Shown one piece after another: positions 29,050 to 38,972 of a DNA stretch of 64,000 bases; positions within the stretch are counted from its first letter, which is position 1; each line of letters opens with the position of its first letter. The stretch comes from an uncultured Gammaproteobacteria bacterium. Its GTDB lineage: Bacteria; Patescibacteriota; Patescibacteriia; UBA9934. The stretch lies in NCBI GenBank assembly GCA_964452565.1, contig CAYVLY010000001.1, positions 579,053 to 643,052 of the forward strand, given 5' to 3'. The position numbers were made by a program, and so were the translations under genes. The notes under the pieces were generated by a model. It was not told where the DNA came from and did no database searches. It was given only the letters and a program-made list of their open reading frames with translations.

Positions 29050-31404
29050 TTACTCAACCACCCCCTCACCCTCTTCCAATGGTTCAAGTTCTTCTTCACT
29101 GACCAACCCTTCTTGCAGTCGCTCGAGACGTTGAATGATCAATTCATTATCAGGATTTTCTTCCAAAACAATCTCCACCTGCTCGATTGCAAGCTCGATC
29201 TCACCCTGCTGTTCAAATACAGATGATAGGAACCATCGTGCATTGCTGTAGTCAGGTGATAGCTCCACCACATACTCAAGCTGCACCTGTGCCTCATCTA
29301 GCTTTCCTTGCTGTAGATACAAAACTCCAAGCTGAAACGCGAGTCCTGCATCATATGGACTTATATCCTGCAATGCCTCAAGCCCAGCAATTGCATCAGT
29401 TAGATTCCCCTGCCTTTCATATGTAAGCGACAAATAATACTGTGCTATTGAGTAGTCATTTTTTAGTAATAACGCATTCATGAGAGCCTGAACTGCCAAA
29501 TCTAACACCTGCTCCTTATACGCCAGTGCGTCTTCTGAAACACCCTCATCCTCACTTGCAGCAACTATATCCAATAAGTCAGCTTGCGCGATATATGCCC
29601 TTCCTAGTGATACATAGAAAACCGGATTTACTGGAGATAGTAATATGGTGCTCTCATACGCCTGAATGGCAAAAGCATCAGCACCAGAGATAAACGGAGT
29701 CATCTCGCGGTATACATCTCCCAGCATTGACTGATTAGCCACAACATTTGGAGAAAGTTCAACAGCACGCTGAGCATAATAGACAGTATTTGCAATATAT
29801 CCCTGCACTGCCTCTGGATTAACATCTGGGTCAGTCAATAACTCGGCAGTCTTCACAAGTAATGCCTGGGATAAATTCCTTGCATAGATATCGCTCCACT
29901 TATTCAACTGTGTGGCGCTCACAAGATCTTCAATCACCTCATCTGTGCTGTCTCCATATTCACTGTGAGCTACAGCTTTTGCAAAAGATACATCAGCTGC
30001 GTAACGAGAAATCGTTATAAAACCAGTTGTGACAATTAATATTGCACACACAACAAAGCCAAATGATAATGCAAACGATGCCTTTGGAGTTTTCTTATAA
30101 GTAATTGTCCGCGACTTTGTTAAAACTGCGCTCAACATGGCCGCGCCAAACAACCAAAGTAGAGACAATATAGTTGTATTTGATGAATACAAGAATTGAG
30201 ATGCAGCCAATATAATCCAGCCAAGTGTAAGAATGAATACTGGCAGCCACTTGTCATCTTTTTTAGTTCTCAAGAGCCACCCCACTGCCTTCAGCATGGT
30301 TACCAGCAACACAATGAGGTAAACAAGCGTCACGGCTATACCTGCAGTGGTAAGCGTTGTCAGTATGTGGCTTCCAGAACGATTGAAAGATAAATTCCAA
30401 AACTCTGACAGATTGACTGACGCAGGCTTGTATTGATGATAGTCAATCTCAAATGTTCCAGGGCCTGATCCAAATAGCCAAGAAGTGTTAGCGAGTGTGT
30501 CCTTTGCTATTTGATAACTTGACGAATAGGTTGGCGCAACCTCAACTGGAAAAACAAGCCCACCTGGAGTTGGAACAAACATGAACACCAGCGAGATGAC
30601 CAAAACCATCACCGGTAAGAAGATCCTCGATAATGTCACGTGTCTGAGGTCGCGTAAGAGCATAACGCTAAAGATGATCGCAACCCCCAAAACCGTCAAA
30701 GCCCACAAAAACCAATAATCTAACCCATAAAGAACAATGACACCAAGGGGAATGATTGCTCTCGAACACAATGCAGCGGTTTTTGATAAGAGGCCCCGCT
30801 CACCATCAAAAAAATCCTTTTGCAAAAATCCAAATCCCAAAGCCATTACAAGAGCCATTACAGCGATTACCCCCATTGCATTTGGTGACCCAATAAAGTT
30901 CTCAGCAAAAACATTTACACCAAAAACAGACAGTGTTCCAAAAAGAAGGATGAACACACTCACAATGAAAACAAGATCTACAGCCCTATATATCGAATCC
31001 TTCTTATCCAAAACATTTACTCCAACCAGGAACAAAACAATCATTGCAACCCAGGACACCAAACTCACATACTCCTGCCCCATACCGCCAAAGACGCTAG
31101 TCCAAGGGGCGAGCGACATGCAAGATGAGATTAAAACTCCGGCTAACAGTATTATTAACCAAACGTGCAGGCTTGTTTTTTTGTATTCAAGCGACTTTAA
31201 GACAATAAACGATGCCAGCCATGACAGTAGTGCAAGGATCGCACAAAAGACCAATACTGTCTGTTTGTTTATCTCAAGTGCATCTGAGGTCCATGGTAAG
31301 TATGCTAACGGAATCAGAATAAGTGCTGCATACAAAAAAAATCGTGCAGCTTTTCTAAAGAATAAAACGAGACGATGCTCTCGCCTATGCAAAACATCTA
31401 ACAT
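29050..31404 (-). CDS. O-antigen ligase (Wzy_C)-like polytopic membrane protein with C-terminal TPR repeats
   Basis: More than 10 TM helices in the N-terminal 450 aa; C-terminal TPR-like repeats (...AQYYLSLTYERQGNLTDAIAGLEALQDISPYDAGLAFQLGVLYLQQGKLDEA...); acidic tail. Confidence 0.6.
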   Translation of the reverse strand: MLDVLHRREHRLVLFFRKAARFFLYAALILIPLAYLPWTSDALEINKQTVLVFCAILALLSWLASFIVLKSLEYKKTSLHVWLIILLAGVLISSCMSLAPWTSVFGGMGQEYVSLVSWVAMIVLFLVGVNVLDKKDSIYRAVDLVFIVSVFILLFGTLSVFGVNVFAENFIGSPNAMGVIAVMALVMALGFGFLQKDFFDGERGLLSKTAALCSRAIIPLGVIVLYGLDYWFLWALTVLGVAIIFSVMLLRDLRHVTLSRIFLPVMVLVISLVFMFVPTPGGLVFPVEVAPTYSSSYQIAKDTLANTSWLFGSGPGTFEIDYHQYKPASVNLSEFWNLSFNRSGSHILTTLTTAGIAVTLVYLIVLLVTMLKAVGWLLRTKKDDKWLPVFILTLGWIILAASQFLYSSNTTILSLLWLFGAAMLSAVLTKSRTITYKKTPKASFALSFGFVVCAILIVTTGFITISRYAADVSFAKAVAHSEYGDSTDEVIEDLVSATQLNKWSDIYARNLSQALLVKTAELLTDPDVNPEAVQGYIANTVYYAQRAVELSPNVVANQSMLGDVYREMTPFISGADAFAIQAYESTILLSPVNPVFYVSLGRAYIAQADLLDIVAASEDEGVSEDALAYKEQVLDLAVQALMNALLLKNDYSIAQYYLSLTYERQGNLTDAIAGLEALQDISPYDAGLAFQLGVLYLQQGKLDEAQVQLEYVVELSPDYSNARWFLSSVFEQQGEIELAIEQVEIVLEENPDNELIIQRLERLQEGLVSEEELEPLEEGEGVVE

Positions 31405-31416
31405 ATTTGATCTTTA

Positions 31417-34400
31417 TTATTCGGAAAGTTCAGCCTCCGTTGTTGATTCCTCTACTATAATTTGTGTCTCTTCTACAGGCTCCTCTGGTACTGCTTCGGT
31501 TTCAGACTCTTCGACAGCCTCAGGCTCAGCTGTATCAGCCTCCTCATCAATAGGCTCTTCTACAACCTCTTCTTCGATGGCCTCATCGGTCACTTCTTCC
31601 TCGACAACCTCCTCAGACTCATCAGACGGCTCGTCTTCAACCGGCTCCTCTTCTGATTCATCAACAGGCTCCTCAGTCTCTTGATCTGGAGATTCATCGG
31701 CCTCATCTTGTTTCTCAGTCTCTTGATCATCGGCTTCATCTACTTCACTTTGCTCCTCATCTTCAATCTGATCATCCACCTCAACGACCTCATCATCATC
31801 TTGATCAGCAATCACATCTGCTTCAACCTGCTCATCTGGCTCATAGTCCTTATGATATGCAATCACAAGCCAGTCAACATCAACATGTGATGTGCCCTCG
31901 GTGTCTCTAATGATAAATCCGTCATTCTCACGGTTAATTGCATAAAGTGAGCCGGTAGCATTGTGCGCTGTTAGGTACACGCGATATGGGGCTGTTAATG
32001 AAACCACATCTGCGAAGCTCTCGTCATAATCATCAAAATAAATGTGTGCTCTTCCCTGCTCGAGTTCGATTGTTCCTGAAAGCTGGATCGTTGTTTCACG
32101 TGAGGTCACCGCATATGTCTCGATTGTATCTCCACCATAGGTTTCGATCTCCTGAACAAATCGATCGCCAGTCCTAAATGCGCCGCTGTCGTCGATCGAC
32201 CAGGCGCTTCCAATTCCACTCAATGAACTGACTGAGATCAAGCTTCCACCGTTTAGATTCACCACACCTGAAAGATCCAACGATGTCGACGGGATCAACT
32301 CGGTTAACTCATTGTCTGAAATATCAGGCTCTTGTCCATCGTAATAAGATGGTCTGACAAACACTGTAATAGATCCTGTGCCACTACTGAACGATTCCAT
32401 TGCATATCCAACAATTGGGCCAGCCTCAACTGCCTTCATGGCATACCCTGGCGTTGATGAGGTTGTGAGTGGATCACCAATTTCGATCGATCCATTTTCT
32501 GCGCTTACATAGGTTGGAACTCGTCCGGCTAGAGCCACGGGAATGTGCCCGTCGATGTTTTGACCAGCTAAGAATCCGGGTTGGGTTGAAACAATTCCTG
32601 CAATCGTGTCGTCATAGGTTATTCCAGTTGAACGCATTACTGACTCCTCGTCATTTGCAAAGACAACAACCTCTCCAGGTGAAACAGATTCAACCGCTGG
32701 GAACATCTCTGCAAAGTCATACGACCCCGAGCCCCATCCAGATGCGTTTGTCCTCATGAAGTCACCGCCTAATCCAGTTGAGCCATCGTAATAAATGTAC
32801 TTATCGGTTTGAAGTACTCCTTGATCTGATGGGTATAGCTTTCCAGAGATTGCCAGGTCACCATCTTGGTTCACGAAAGCTAGTTCATTTGAATCTCCGT
32901 CTTCGATAGACAACTTATATTCACTCGCATCTGTGACATGTGTGACAAATCCAAGAGAAACATCCTGCGCGCCTGCCCCGTCCCATCCAGATCCGCGCAG
33001 CATCAATCCATATGAATCCATGCCTTGAGTTGAAGCATTGGCCGTGCCGGTCGCACCCAATGCCAGATCGTCAGAAACAAGTGTTACTGATCCGCTATCT
33101 GTTAATACCCCAACAGCTTGCCATGTTGGTTTAACATATACATCTATAGTTCCTGTTCCTGAAGAGTGCGATTCAAGCGCCTGTCCTAGAACATAGCCAA
33201 CTCCTGTTGCCTTCTTTGCAACTCCAGAAGTTGATGAAAGTGTAATGTAATCTCCAGCACTAATCGAACCACCCTCAGTGTTAACAGTCACCGGAACCTG
33301 CCCTAAAAGCGCTACTGGAACATAGACACCAGTGTCTCGCCAGCCATCAAACCAGTTACCAAGTGTATTTGGTGCAACCGAGTATGCACCAATTATCTCA
33401 TCGGCGTCTGATGCAAGAACTACGTTCCCAGATGAATCAAGTCCAATGATATCGCCCTCTGAAAAACTGGAGAGCGTCCCTGGGAAAAGCTCCGCATAGT
33501 CAGATCCAGCTGATGCATTTGTTACTCCTCCACCGCCATCACCCTCAACTGCTCCAAGCACTGTTCCGTTCCCGTCCTTGAACATGAGGTAGTTACAAGC
33601 CGCGGTTGGGTTCGTATCAAGACATGCCTGAATATTAATTCCCATGTTTGTATCTGCATTTCCATCATTAAAGAAACTTGCAATAAAATCTGTGGTACCG
33701 GTTGCGAAAACATTTATCGGCTGCCCATCTCCTGTTTGGTTGATATAAAGACCATCTGCTGTACCAAAATTAGCTATGTTGATGCCCCTACCATTTCCGG
33801 TCTGATTAATATTCAAAGAAGCTCCCGTACCACTATTACTCAAATTGAGAACATTTCCCGTCGAAGCGGTATCAGAAATCTGGAAGTTCACCAAGCCGGT
33901 TGTGGTATTTGTAAAGTCTGTTCCTGAGTCGGTACGGTTCACATTAATTGCCTGCCCGGTTGTCAAAGTGCTATTTGTTATATCAACAATATTCGATACT
34001 GCTTCACCTGTTCCATCGATCTCCAGCAGGCCATACATGTACAAATCGCCTGCTCCAGTGGCTATCGCTGCGGTAGAGGGAGAGTTACTGTTTTCTATAT
34101 GCACTGCTGACCCATGAAAATAGCCTGCATAGTTAGCTGTCCCACCGCCGGCACTTGCCCGAATTCCATAACGCGTTGTGCCGGCACTATTATTTGAAAA
34201 ATCACCACCAAAACCTGTTGTGAGCGTGCCTGCACCTGAAGAAATATTACCCCACACACCAGTCGCCTGTGTAACAGTTCCTGCAGTTGTTACAGCATTT
34301 CCATAAACACCAATCGCTAATGGAACAGTGGAACCGGCGCCATTGTTTTGAACCTGTCCATAAAGTCCAGTCACTGTTGATTCAATTGCACCTGCGGCCG

Positions 34401-35577
34401 TTGAAGTATTTATAGCGATCCCCTCAACTCCACGAAGTTCATTAAGCTCCCCTGAACCGGAGTTGGTGGCGGTCCCACCAATTGCTATTGCCTTTTGATC
34501 GTAGCCCCCTGCCTCAACACTGCTATTGGTTATCGCGGAATATATTTCGTACAGATTGTATATTCCGTTACCACCAGATGCTGCTGCCGAAACTGTGGAA
34601 CTAGCTTCAAATAAGTTAAAGTTGCCCGGAGCCGCAGCATATAGGGCAGCTGGACTATGCTCTAAATAGCCATTTTGAAAATCCCACTTATCAGCATTGT
34701 ATAAAATGTCAGCATCAGCACCGCCAGCATCTTTAAAGCTCAATGTTGGATTCTGTGCTGCATCACCAAAATAGATAATTCCTGTGCCTGGTGCTACACC
34801 AAAATCCGCAGCCGCGGCTGTATTTGCACCAATGGCAACATCGTCACTTGAAGTCGTTAAATAGACTACCGAGCCTCCGTCAGTCCAACCGAGATCAGTG
34901 GTTAGAGCAACAATTCCTGTAGAATTAGGGAACGTGATAGTCTTATCGCCGACCGTTGGATCAGTTATCGCAAACCTTGTTTCAAAATCGTCTGCAGTAG
35001 CTCCCTCAAACACTAAGGCGTTTTCTCCAGCAAATGTGGCAGCAGTGAAATTATTTACTCCAGTCACAGTATTGTCCGCTGCTAACTGGAAGAAGCTTGC
35101 AGATCCAATACCATCGAGTGTGTCGGCATTGAGTGCATACGGAACTGCCACCAAACGCTTTCTTGGGGTTAGCGCCTCTCCCTCAATCGTAACCTTTAGA
35201 TATACCCCCGCATTATCTCCAAAAACCCCGGCCGGAATCGCGGCATACGAGTCGCCCGTATCACCAAGGTTCTCTGAAAAAAGACCATCAGTTAGGGTTA
35301 TTGTCTTTGCAGTTGATGTGGCGCAGGTTGCAGATGAGTTAGACCAGATACACGAACCTGCTGTTGGGTCATCGTAAAACTCAAATAGTATATCCACGGT
35401 GGCATCAGATACTGGAACGCTATTTGCGTTTAGAATACGACCTTGATATGTAATGAACCTCGGTGGAGTTGCAGCCGCAGAGACAAGTTGAGCTAAAGCT
35501 GAAAAAACAATAAACAAAGCCAGCAAAAGGACTGTGGCCTTTTTTGTTTTTGAAAATGGTTCACTCAGTATTCTCAT
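31417..35577 (-). CDS. Giant secreted/cell-surface protein (~1386 aa) with a tandem-duplicated ~135-aa C-terminal module and a ~150-aa poly-acidic tail
   Basis: Signal peptide MRILSEPFSKTKKATVLLLALFIVFSALA; Gly/Thr/Asn-rich beta-like repeats; two paralogous modules starting ...SDYAELFPG and ...SYDFAEMFPA; D/E-rich C-terminus. Confidence 0.7.
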   Translation of the reverse strand: MRILSEPFSKTKKATVLLLALFIVFSALAQLVSAAATPPRFITYQGRILNANSVPVSDATVDILFEFYDDPTAGSCIWSNSSATCATSTAKTITLTDGLFSENLGDTGDSYAAIPAGVFGDNAGVYLKVTIEGEALTPRKRLVAVPYALNADTLDGIGSASFFQLAADNTVTGVNNFTAATFAGENALVFEGATADDFETRFAITDPTVGDKTITFPNSTGIVALTTDLGWTDGGSVVYLTTSSDDVAIGANTAAAADFGVAPGTGIIYFGDAAQNPTLSFKDAGGADADILYNADKWDFQNGYLEHSPAALYAAAPGNFNLFEASSTVSAAASGGNGIYNLYEIYSAITNSSVEAGGYDQKAIAIGGTATNSGSGELNELRGVEGIAINTSTAAGAIESTVTGLYGQVQNNGAGSTVPLAIGVYGNAVTTAGTVTQATGVWGNISSGAGTLTTGFGGDFSNNSAGTTRYGIRASAGGGTANYAGYFHGSAVHIENSNSPSTAAIATGAGDLYMYGLLEIDGTGEAVSNIVDITNSTLTTGQAINVNRTDSGTDFTNTTTGLVNFQISDTASTGNVLNLSNSGTGASLNINQTGNGRGINIANFGTADGLYINQTGDGQPINVFATGTTDFIASFFNDGNADTNMGINIQACLDTNPTAACNYLMFKDGNGTVLGAVEGDGGGGVTNASAGSDYAELFPGTLSSFSEGDIIGLDSSGNVVLASDADEIIGAYSVAPNTLGNWFDGWRDTGVYVPVALLGQVPVTVNTEGGSISAGDYITLSSTSGVAKKATGVGYVLGQALESHSSGTGTIDVYVKPTWQAVGVLTDSGSVTLVSDDLALGATGTANASTQGMDSYGLMLRGSGWDGAGAQDVSLGFVTHVTDASEYKLSIEDGDSNELAFVNQDGDLAISGKLYPSDQGVLQTDKYIYYDGSTGLGGDFMRTNASGWGSGSYDFAEMFPAVESVSPGEVVVFANDEESVMRSTGITYDDTIAGIVSTQPGFLAGQNIDGHIPVALAGRVPTYVSAENGSIEIGDPLTTSSTPGYAMKAVEAGPIVGYAMESFSSGTGSITVFVRPSYYDGQEPDISDNELTELIPSTSLDLSGVVNLNGGSLISVSSLSGIGSAWSIDDSGAFRTGDRFVQEIETYGGDTIETYAVTSRETTIQLSGTIELEQGRAHIYFDDYDESFADVVSLTAPYRVYLTAHNATGSLYAINRENDGFIIRDTEGTSHVDVDWLVIAYHKDYEPDEQVEADVIADQDDDEVVEVDDQIEDEEQSEVDEADDQETEKQDEADESPDQETEEPVDESEEEPVEDEPSDESEEVVEEEVTDEAIEEEVVEEPIDEEADTAEPEAVEESETEAVPEEPVEETQIIVEESTTEAELSE

Positions 35578-35641
35578 ACTTCCACATCTATGCGCATGGT
35601 TGTGCACAGGTAGGAAATACGACGGATGTATTATACCTCGT

Positions 35642-38134
35642 TTACGGTTGTTTTTTTAGCTCTGTATCAACAGAAATCAACTCTGGTTCTTTTTTGCCGG
35701 TCAGGTCTATAGGGCGAACTTCCTGTTTTTCATATCCAGGTCTTTCAAATGTCACATAATACTCATTTGGCCCTGCCATGAATGCATATCTACCAGACCC
35801 ATCTGTAACAGTGGATTCGATCAACTTATTAAACTTTGGTTCAAATAACCGAACAACTGCATTTGGTAATGCCTTCTTGACATGGGCGTCACGAACAATT
35901 CCCCACCCCTTCTTCTTTCGTAGTTTTGTTAACGCCTTTGTGGTTCCATAAACGGTCACATGAACAGTTACAAGGGCAATACTAAATATTGTTGGTTGAA
36001 TTATTAGAATAACAACTGCCATTAACAATCCCGCTAAGGCTAAAACATTCTGAAATACCCTCAAGAACCTCTTGAATATCAACTTCTTTGGTGAATGATA
36101 CTTCTCCTCCTGCGAAGGATCGACCGGAATATTTGCAGCAATTACGACATCTTCTTGAGTCACCTCAATAATGCCCTGAGTATAAATATCCTCAAACATT
36201 TCATCTTTAGTAGCTCCCTCCATGTATTCGCTTGGGAATGTAAATCCAGCTTTCTTAACATCGAGCTTGTATCTACCCGGCTTCACACGAAGAATGTAGT
36301 GACCCTCCTTGTCAGAGACCGTGGTCTTAACAAGCTTACCCTGTTCCGAATAGAGTCGGATTGTTGCAAGATCAACCGGCAACTTTGTTATTGCATTGTA
36401 AACAGTTCCAATGCGCTTTTTTCTTCGACGTGCAAAGAATAAAATTGGCGAGCTAAACAAATACCGTAGATATGGGATGAGATTAAAGGATGACGAAAGA
36501 ACTCCAGCGCTTCCCACTGCAGTTACAACTGCAACTGGAGTTGTCACATCTGCCACTGCCTGTACCTCGGGAAGTTCGCGTATTTCATTAATAACCTCCA
36601 CGACTTCTACTACGGTCTCGGCAACAACCTCAACTGTTTCCGCAACTGCACCAACAGGCTCCTCTTCCTCCTCAACAACCACAATTTCAGAACGCGTCAT
36701 CCGAATTGATGGGGCTAATACATTATTTGAAACTCGTATGACAACCTCTGCGTCTTCATAGCCACTCTTACCTGCAGTCACAGTATAAACACCATCAGGT
36801 ACATAAAATCCTATCGCCCCACTGCTGCCGGATGAGGTAGGGTTCGACTGCCCATATGAACCAGCATCCCACTGAGTTCGATCCTCACCACTTCCTTCAT
36901 AAACAATAACCACCGCACTTTCAACCCCTTGATCTTCATCGTCGATCTCCTCATAAACCCAACCATAACTAACAACTCCCCATGACTGAGTATCTGTAAC
37001 AGTCTGACCATCAGTGTAGTCAACAATGACTGTTACCACTTGATCATCCTGCTCGACTGGGATCAACCCCTGATATATACCTTCTAGAACTTCAGCAAAA
37101 CCATAAGTTGTATCGTCAACGACCACCGTAACCTCCTCAACGTCTTCTTGATCATCAACAATAACCTCAACCTGAGCATATGTGCCTGGGAGTAGATCGT
37201 CATCATCAATAACAATCTGGCCATTACCAACAGTTATCTGCGTTTCAACTTCGCGATCTTCTTCCTCTCCAACTCCGTCGTCTTCAGGTTCATCCTCATC
37301 CTCTTCTGAATCAACTACACCGCCTCCATCATCAGCTGCGCCATCTCCGTCATCTTCACCGTCATCGTCCCCTTCTCCGTCTGCGTCGCCATCGTCGTCA
37401 TCACCCTCATCCTCCGGCTCTGGTTCGGGTTCCGGCTCTGGTTCGGGTTCGGGTTCCGGTTCCGGCTCTGGTTCGGGTTCGGGTTCCGGTTCCGGCTCTG
37501 GCTCAGGTTCCGGCTCACCATCGTCTCCATCATCACCTCCAACAGGGCCACCCCCACCACCAGTAGGACTTGGCACGGTTGTACTCACATTTCCATCATC
37601 ATCAGTCACAATAGGAACTGGTACAGACCCTGAAAGTTTATTCGCCGCTGTTGTAATCCAAATAAAATACGTAGCGGCATTTGATGGATTTGTAATTCGA
37701 TTGGACCCCGAACCATATGCTGATGCGTTTGTTCCAATCTCAACAATGACCTCACTTCCGGATGCCACCTCACCACCATCCCCAGAACACCAAGCCACTG
37801 TTAGATTCTGGCCAGAAACGGAAATATCTACATGGTCTGTTCCGGTACAATCATCAGCTGTTGTTAAATCAACTCCATCGTCGGATACATCGACATCGTC
37901 TTCTGTTATTGAAGAAAGATCAAAACCTGCGGGATAAGTGATCGTCAGGGTGTCTGTGTCGGGAATGGCAACCGATGTAGTAAAAACAAATCTGTGATTA
38001 GATCCCGTGCTTACTTTTGAGGAGGTTATCTGGTCGTAAAGATCTGTGGGTGTAGAAAATGCAAAAGCAAAGCTAGCCGACAAGGTCAATGCAGCAATCA
38101 CGAGGAGAACAAATGTTTTAACGACGCTTCGCAT
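35642..38134 (-). CDS. Surface protein with an (EP)19 repeat, poly-acidic region, CarboxypepD_reg-like domains and TM segments
   Basis: Signal peptide MRSVVKTFVLLVIAALTLSASFA; EPEPEP... x19; motifs GHYILRVKPGRYKLDVKKAGF and GSGRYAFMAGPNEYYVTFERPGYE. Confidence 0.7.
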   Translation of the reverse strand: MRSVVKTFVLLVIAALTLSASFAFAFSTPTDLYDQITSSKVSTGSNHRFVFTTSVAIPDTDTLTITYPAGFDLSSITEDDVDVSDDGVDLTTADDCTGTDHVDISVSGQNLTVAWCSGDGGEVASGSEVIVEIGTNASAYGSGSNRITNPSNAATYFIWITTAANKLSGSVPVPIVTDDDGNVSTTVPSPTGGGGGPVGGDDGDDGEPEPEPEPEPEPEPEPEPEPEPEPEPEPEPEPEPEDEGDDDDGDADGEGDDDGEDDGDGAADDGGGVVDSEEDEDEPEDDGVGEEEDREVETQITVGNGQIVIDDDDLLPGTYAQVEVIVDDQEDVEEVTVVVDDTTYGFAEVLEGIYQGLIPVEQDDQVVTVIVDYTDGQTVTDTQSWGVVSYGWVYEEIDDEDQGVESAVVIVYEGSGEDRTQWDAGSYGQSNPTSSGSSGAIGFYVPDGVYTVTAGKSGYEDAEVVIRVSNNVLAPSIRMTRSEIVVVEEEEEPVGAVAETVEVVAETVVEVVEVINEIRELPEVQAVADVTTPVAVVTAVGSAGVLSSSFNLIPYLRYLFSSPILFFARRRKKRIGTVYNAITKLPVDLATIRLYSEQGKLVKTTVSDKEGHYILRVKPGRYKLDVKKAGFTFPSEYMEGATKDEMFEDIYTQGIIEVTQEDVVIAANIPVDPSQEEKYHSPKKLIFKRFLRVFQNVLALAGLLMAVVILIIQPTIFSIALVTVHVTVYGTTKALTKLRKKKGWGIVRDAHVKKALPNAVVRLFEPKFNKLIESTVTDGSGRYAFMAGPNEYYVTFERPGYEKQEVRPIDLTGKKEPELISVDTELKKQP
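37415..37517. repeat. Hexanucleotide (GGYTCN) tandem repeat encoding (EP)n, including an exact 30-bp duplication (37441-37470 = 37471-37500)
   Basis: Direct inspection of the sequence. Confidence 0.85.
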
Positions 38135-38972
38135 ACCTCCAAATGATAAACAATATAATCAAGCACCCAAGTATCAACCCCAGGGTCTTGACTGATACAA
38201 ACCAAACTACCACCGAATCTGAGTGCACTTCTCCACCATCCCAAGGCTCCGCATCAAATCTGAGCTCATAGGGCCCCAATGCCCAATTGTTATAAATATC
38301 AACAACAAATGTGCGCTCCTGGTTGTTCGCAATTCTTTTTGATTCTGGATTGATATCGAACACATCAACCACGCCGCCGGTCCAACTAATAAGCGAAACT
38401 ATGCCGTTTGGCTGCACAAACCTATCACCCGAATTTCTCACAGTATAAAAAGTCTGAGCATTGCCAAAAGAAAATGATCTGTCAGCTTGGTACCCCAACC
38501 ATTCAACAGATTCAGATATATCATCACCGATTGTTAAAAAAGCTAACGAAATAAAGCCAGACTGTACAGATGGCTCCAGCTGGCCTGTAACACTTTCTAC
38601 TATTCGAATCCCAACTACCATTGTCTGCGATTTGGTCGCAATATCAGGACTTATCACTATGCCAAATTCTCTAACCTCACCGGGCATCAGTTCAAATTCC
38701 TGGAGTTCTGACGAAAACCATTCTTCAACCCCGGGGTCTAGATCAAAAAAACTATACTCACCCTCCTCAAGACCAAGGTCCACTCCAATGAAATCAATTG
38801 CATATGCCCGAGAATCTTCGTTGCTATTTTGAAGTGTTATTAGAATCTCGGCACTCTCGCCAGGATCAATAGAAACGTCTTGAACCGATGGATATAAAAG
38901 CGATGCATGTACAGGCTGCGTCAGGCATAGAAAAAATATAACCAATGATACAACTCTAATAATCACCGACAT
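38118..38972 (-). CDS. Secreted protein with C-terminal TM anchor and short basic tail (cell-surface protein; DUF916/DUF3324-like architecture)
   Basis: Signal peptide MSVIIRVVSLVIFFLCLTQPVHA; C-terminus ...LGLILGCLIILFIIWRYAKRR; the start overlaps the upstream gene and the stop overlaps the downstream gene. Confidence 0.5.
   Translation of the reverse strand: MSVIIRVVSLVIFFLCLTQPVHASLLYPSVQDVSIDPGESAEILITLQNSNEDSRAYAIDFIGVDLGLEEGEYSFFDLDPGVEEWFSSELQEFELMPGEVREFGIVISPDIATKSQTMVVGIRIVESVTGQLEPSVQSGFISLAFLTIGDDISESVEWLGYQADRSFSFGNAQTFYTVRNSGDRFVQPNGIVSLISWTGGVVDVFDINPESKRIANNQERTFVVDIYNNWALGPYELRFDAEPWDGGEVHSDSVVVWFVSVKTLGLILGCLIILFIIWRYAKRR

Noticed and set aside
30737-31684. 315-aa Ser-rich plus-strand ORF
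   Set aside because: It lies antisense to the Wzy/TPR gene and to the acidic tail of the giant protein; the low-complexity poly-Ser comes from antisense reading of GAx codons.
37182-37937. 251-aa Ser/Gly/Pro-rich plus-strand ORF including (GS)n
   Set aside because: It is the antisense reading of the (EP)n and acidic region of the 830-aa gene.
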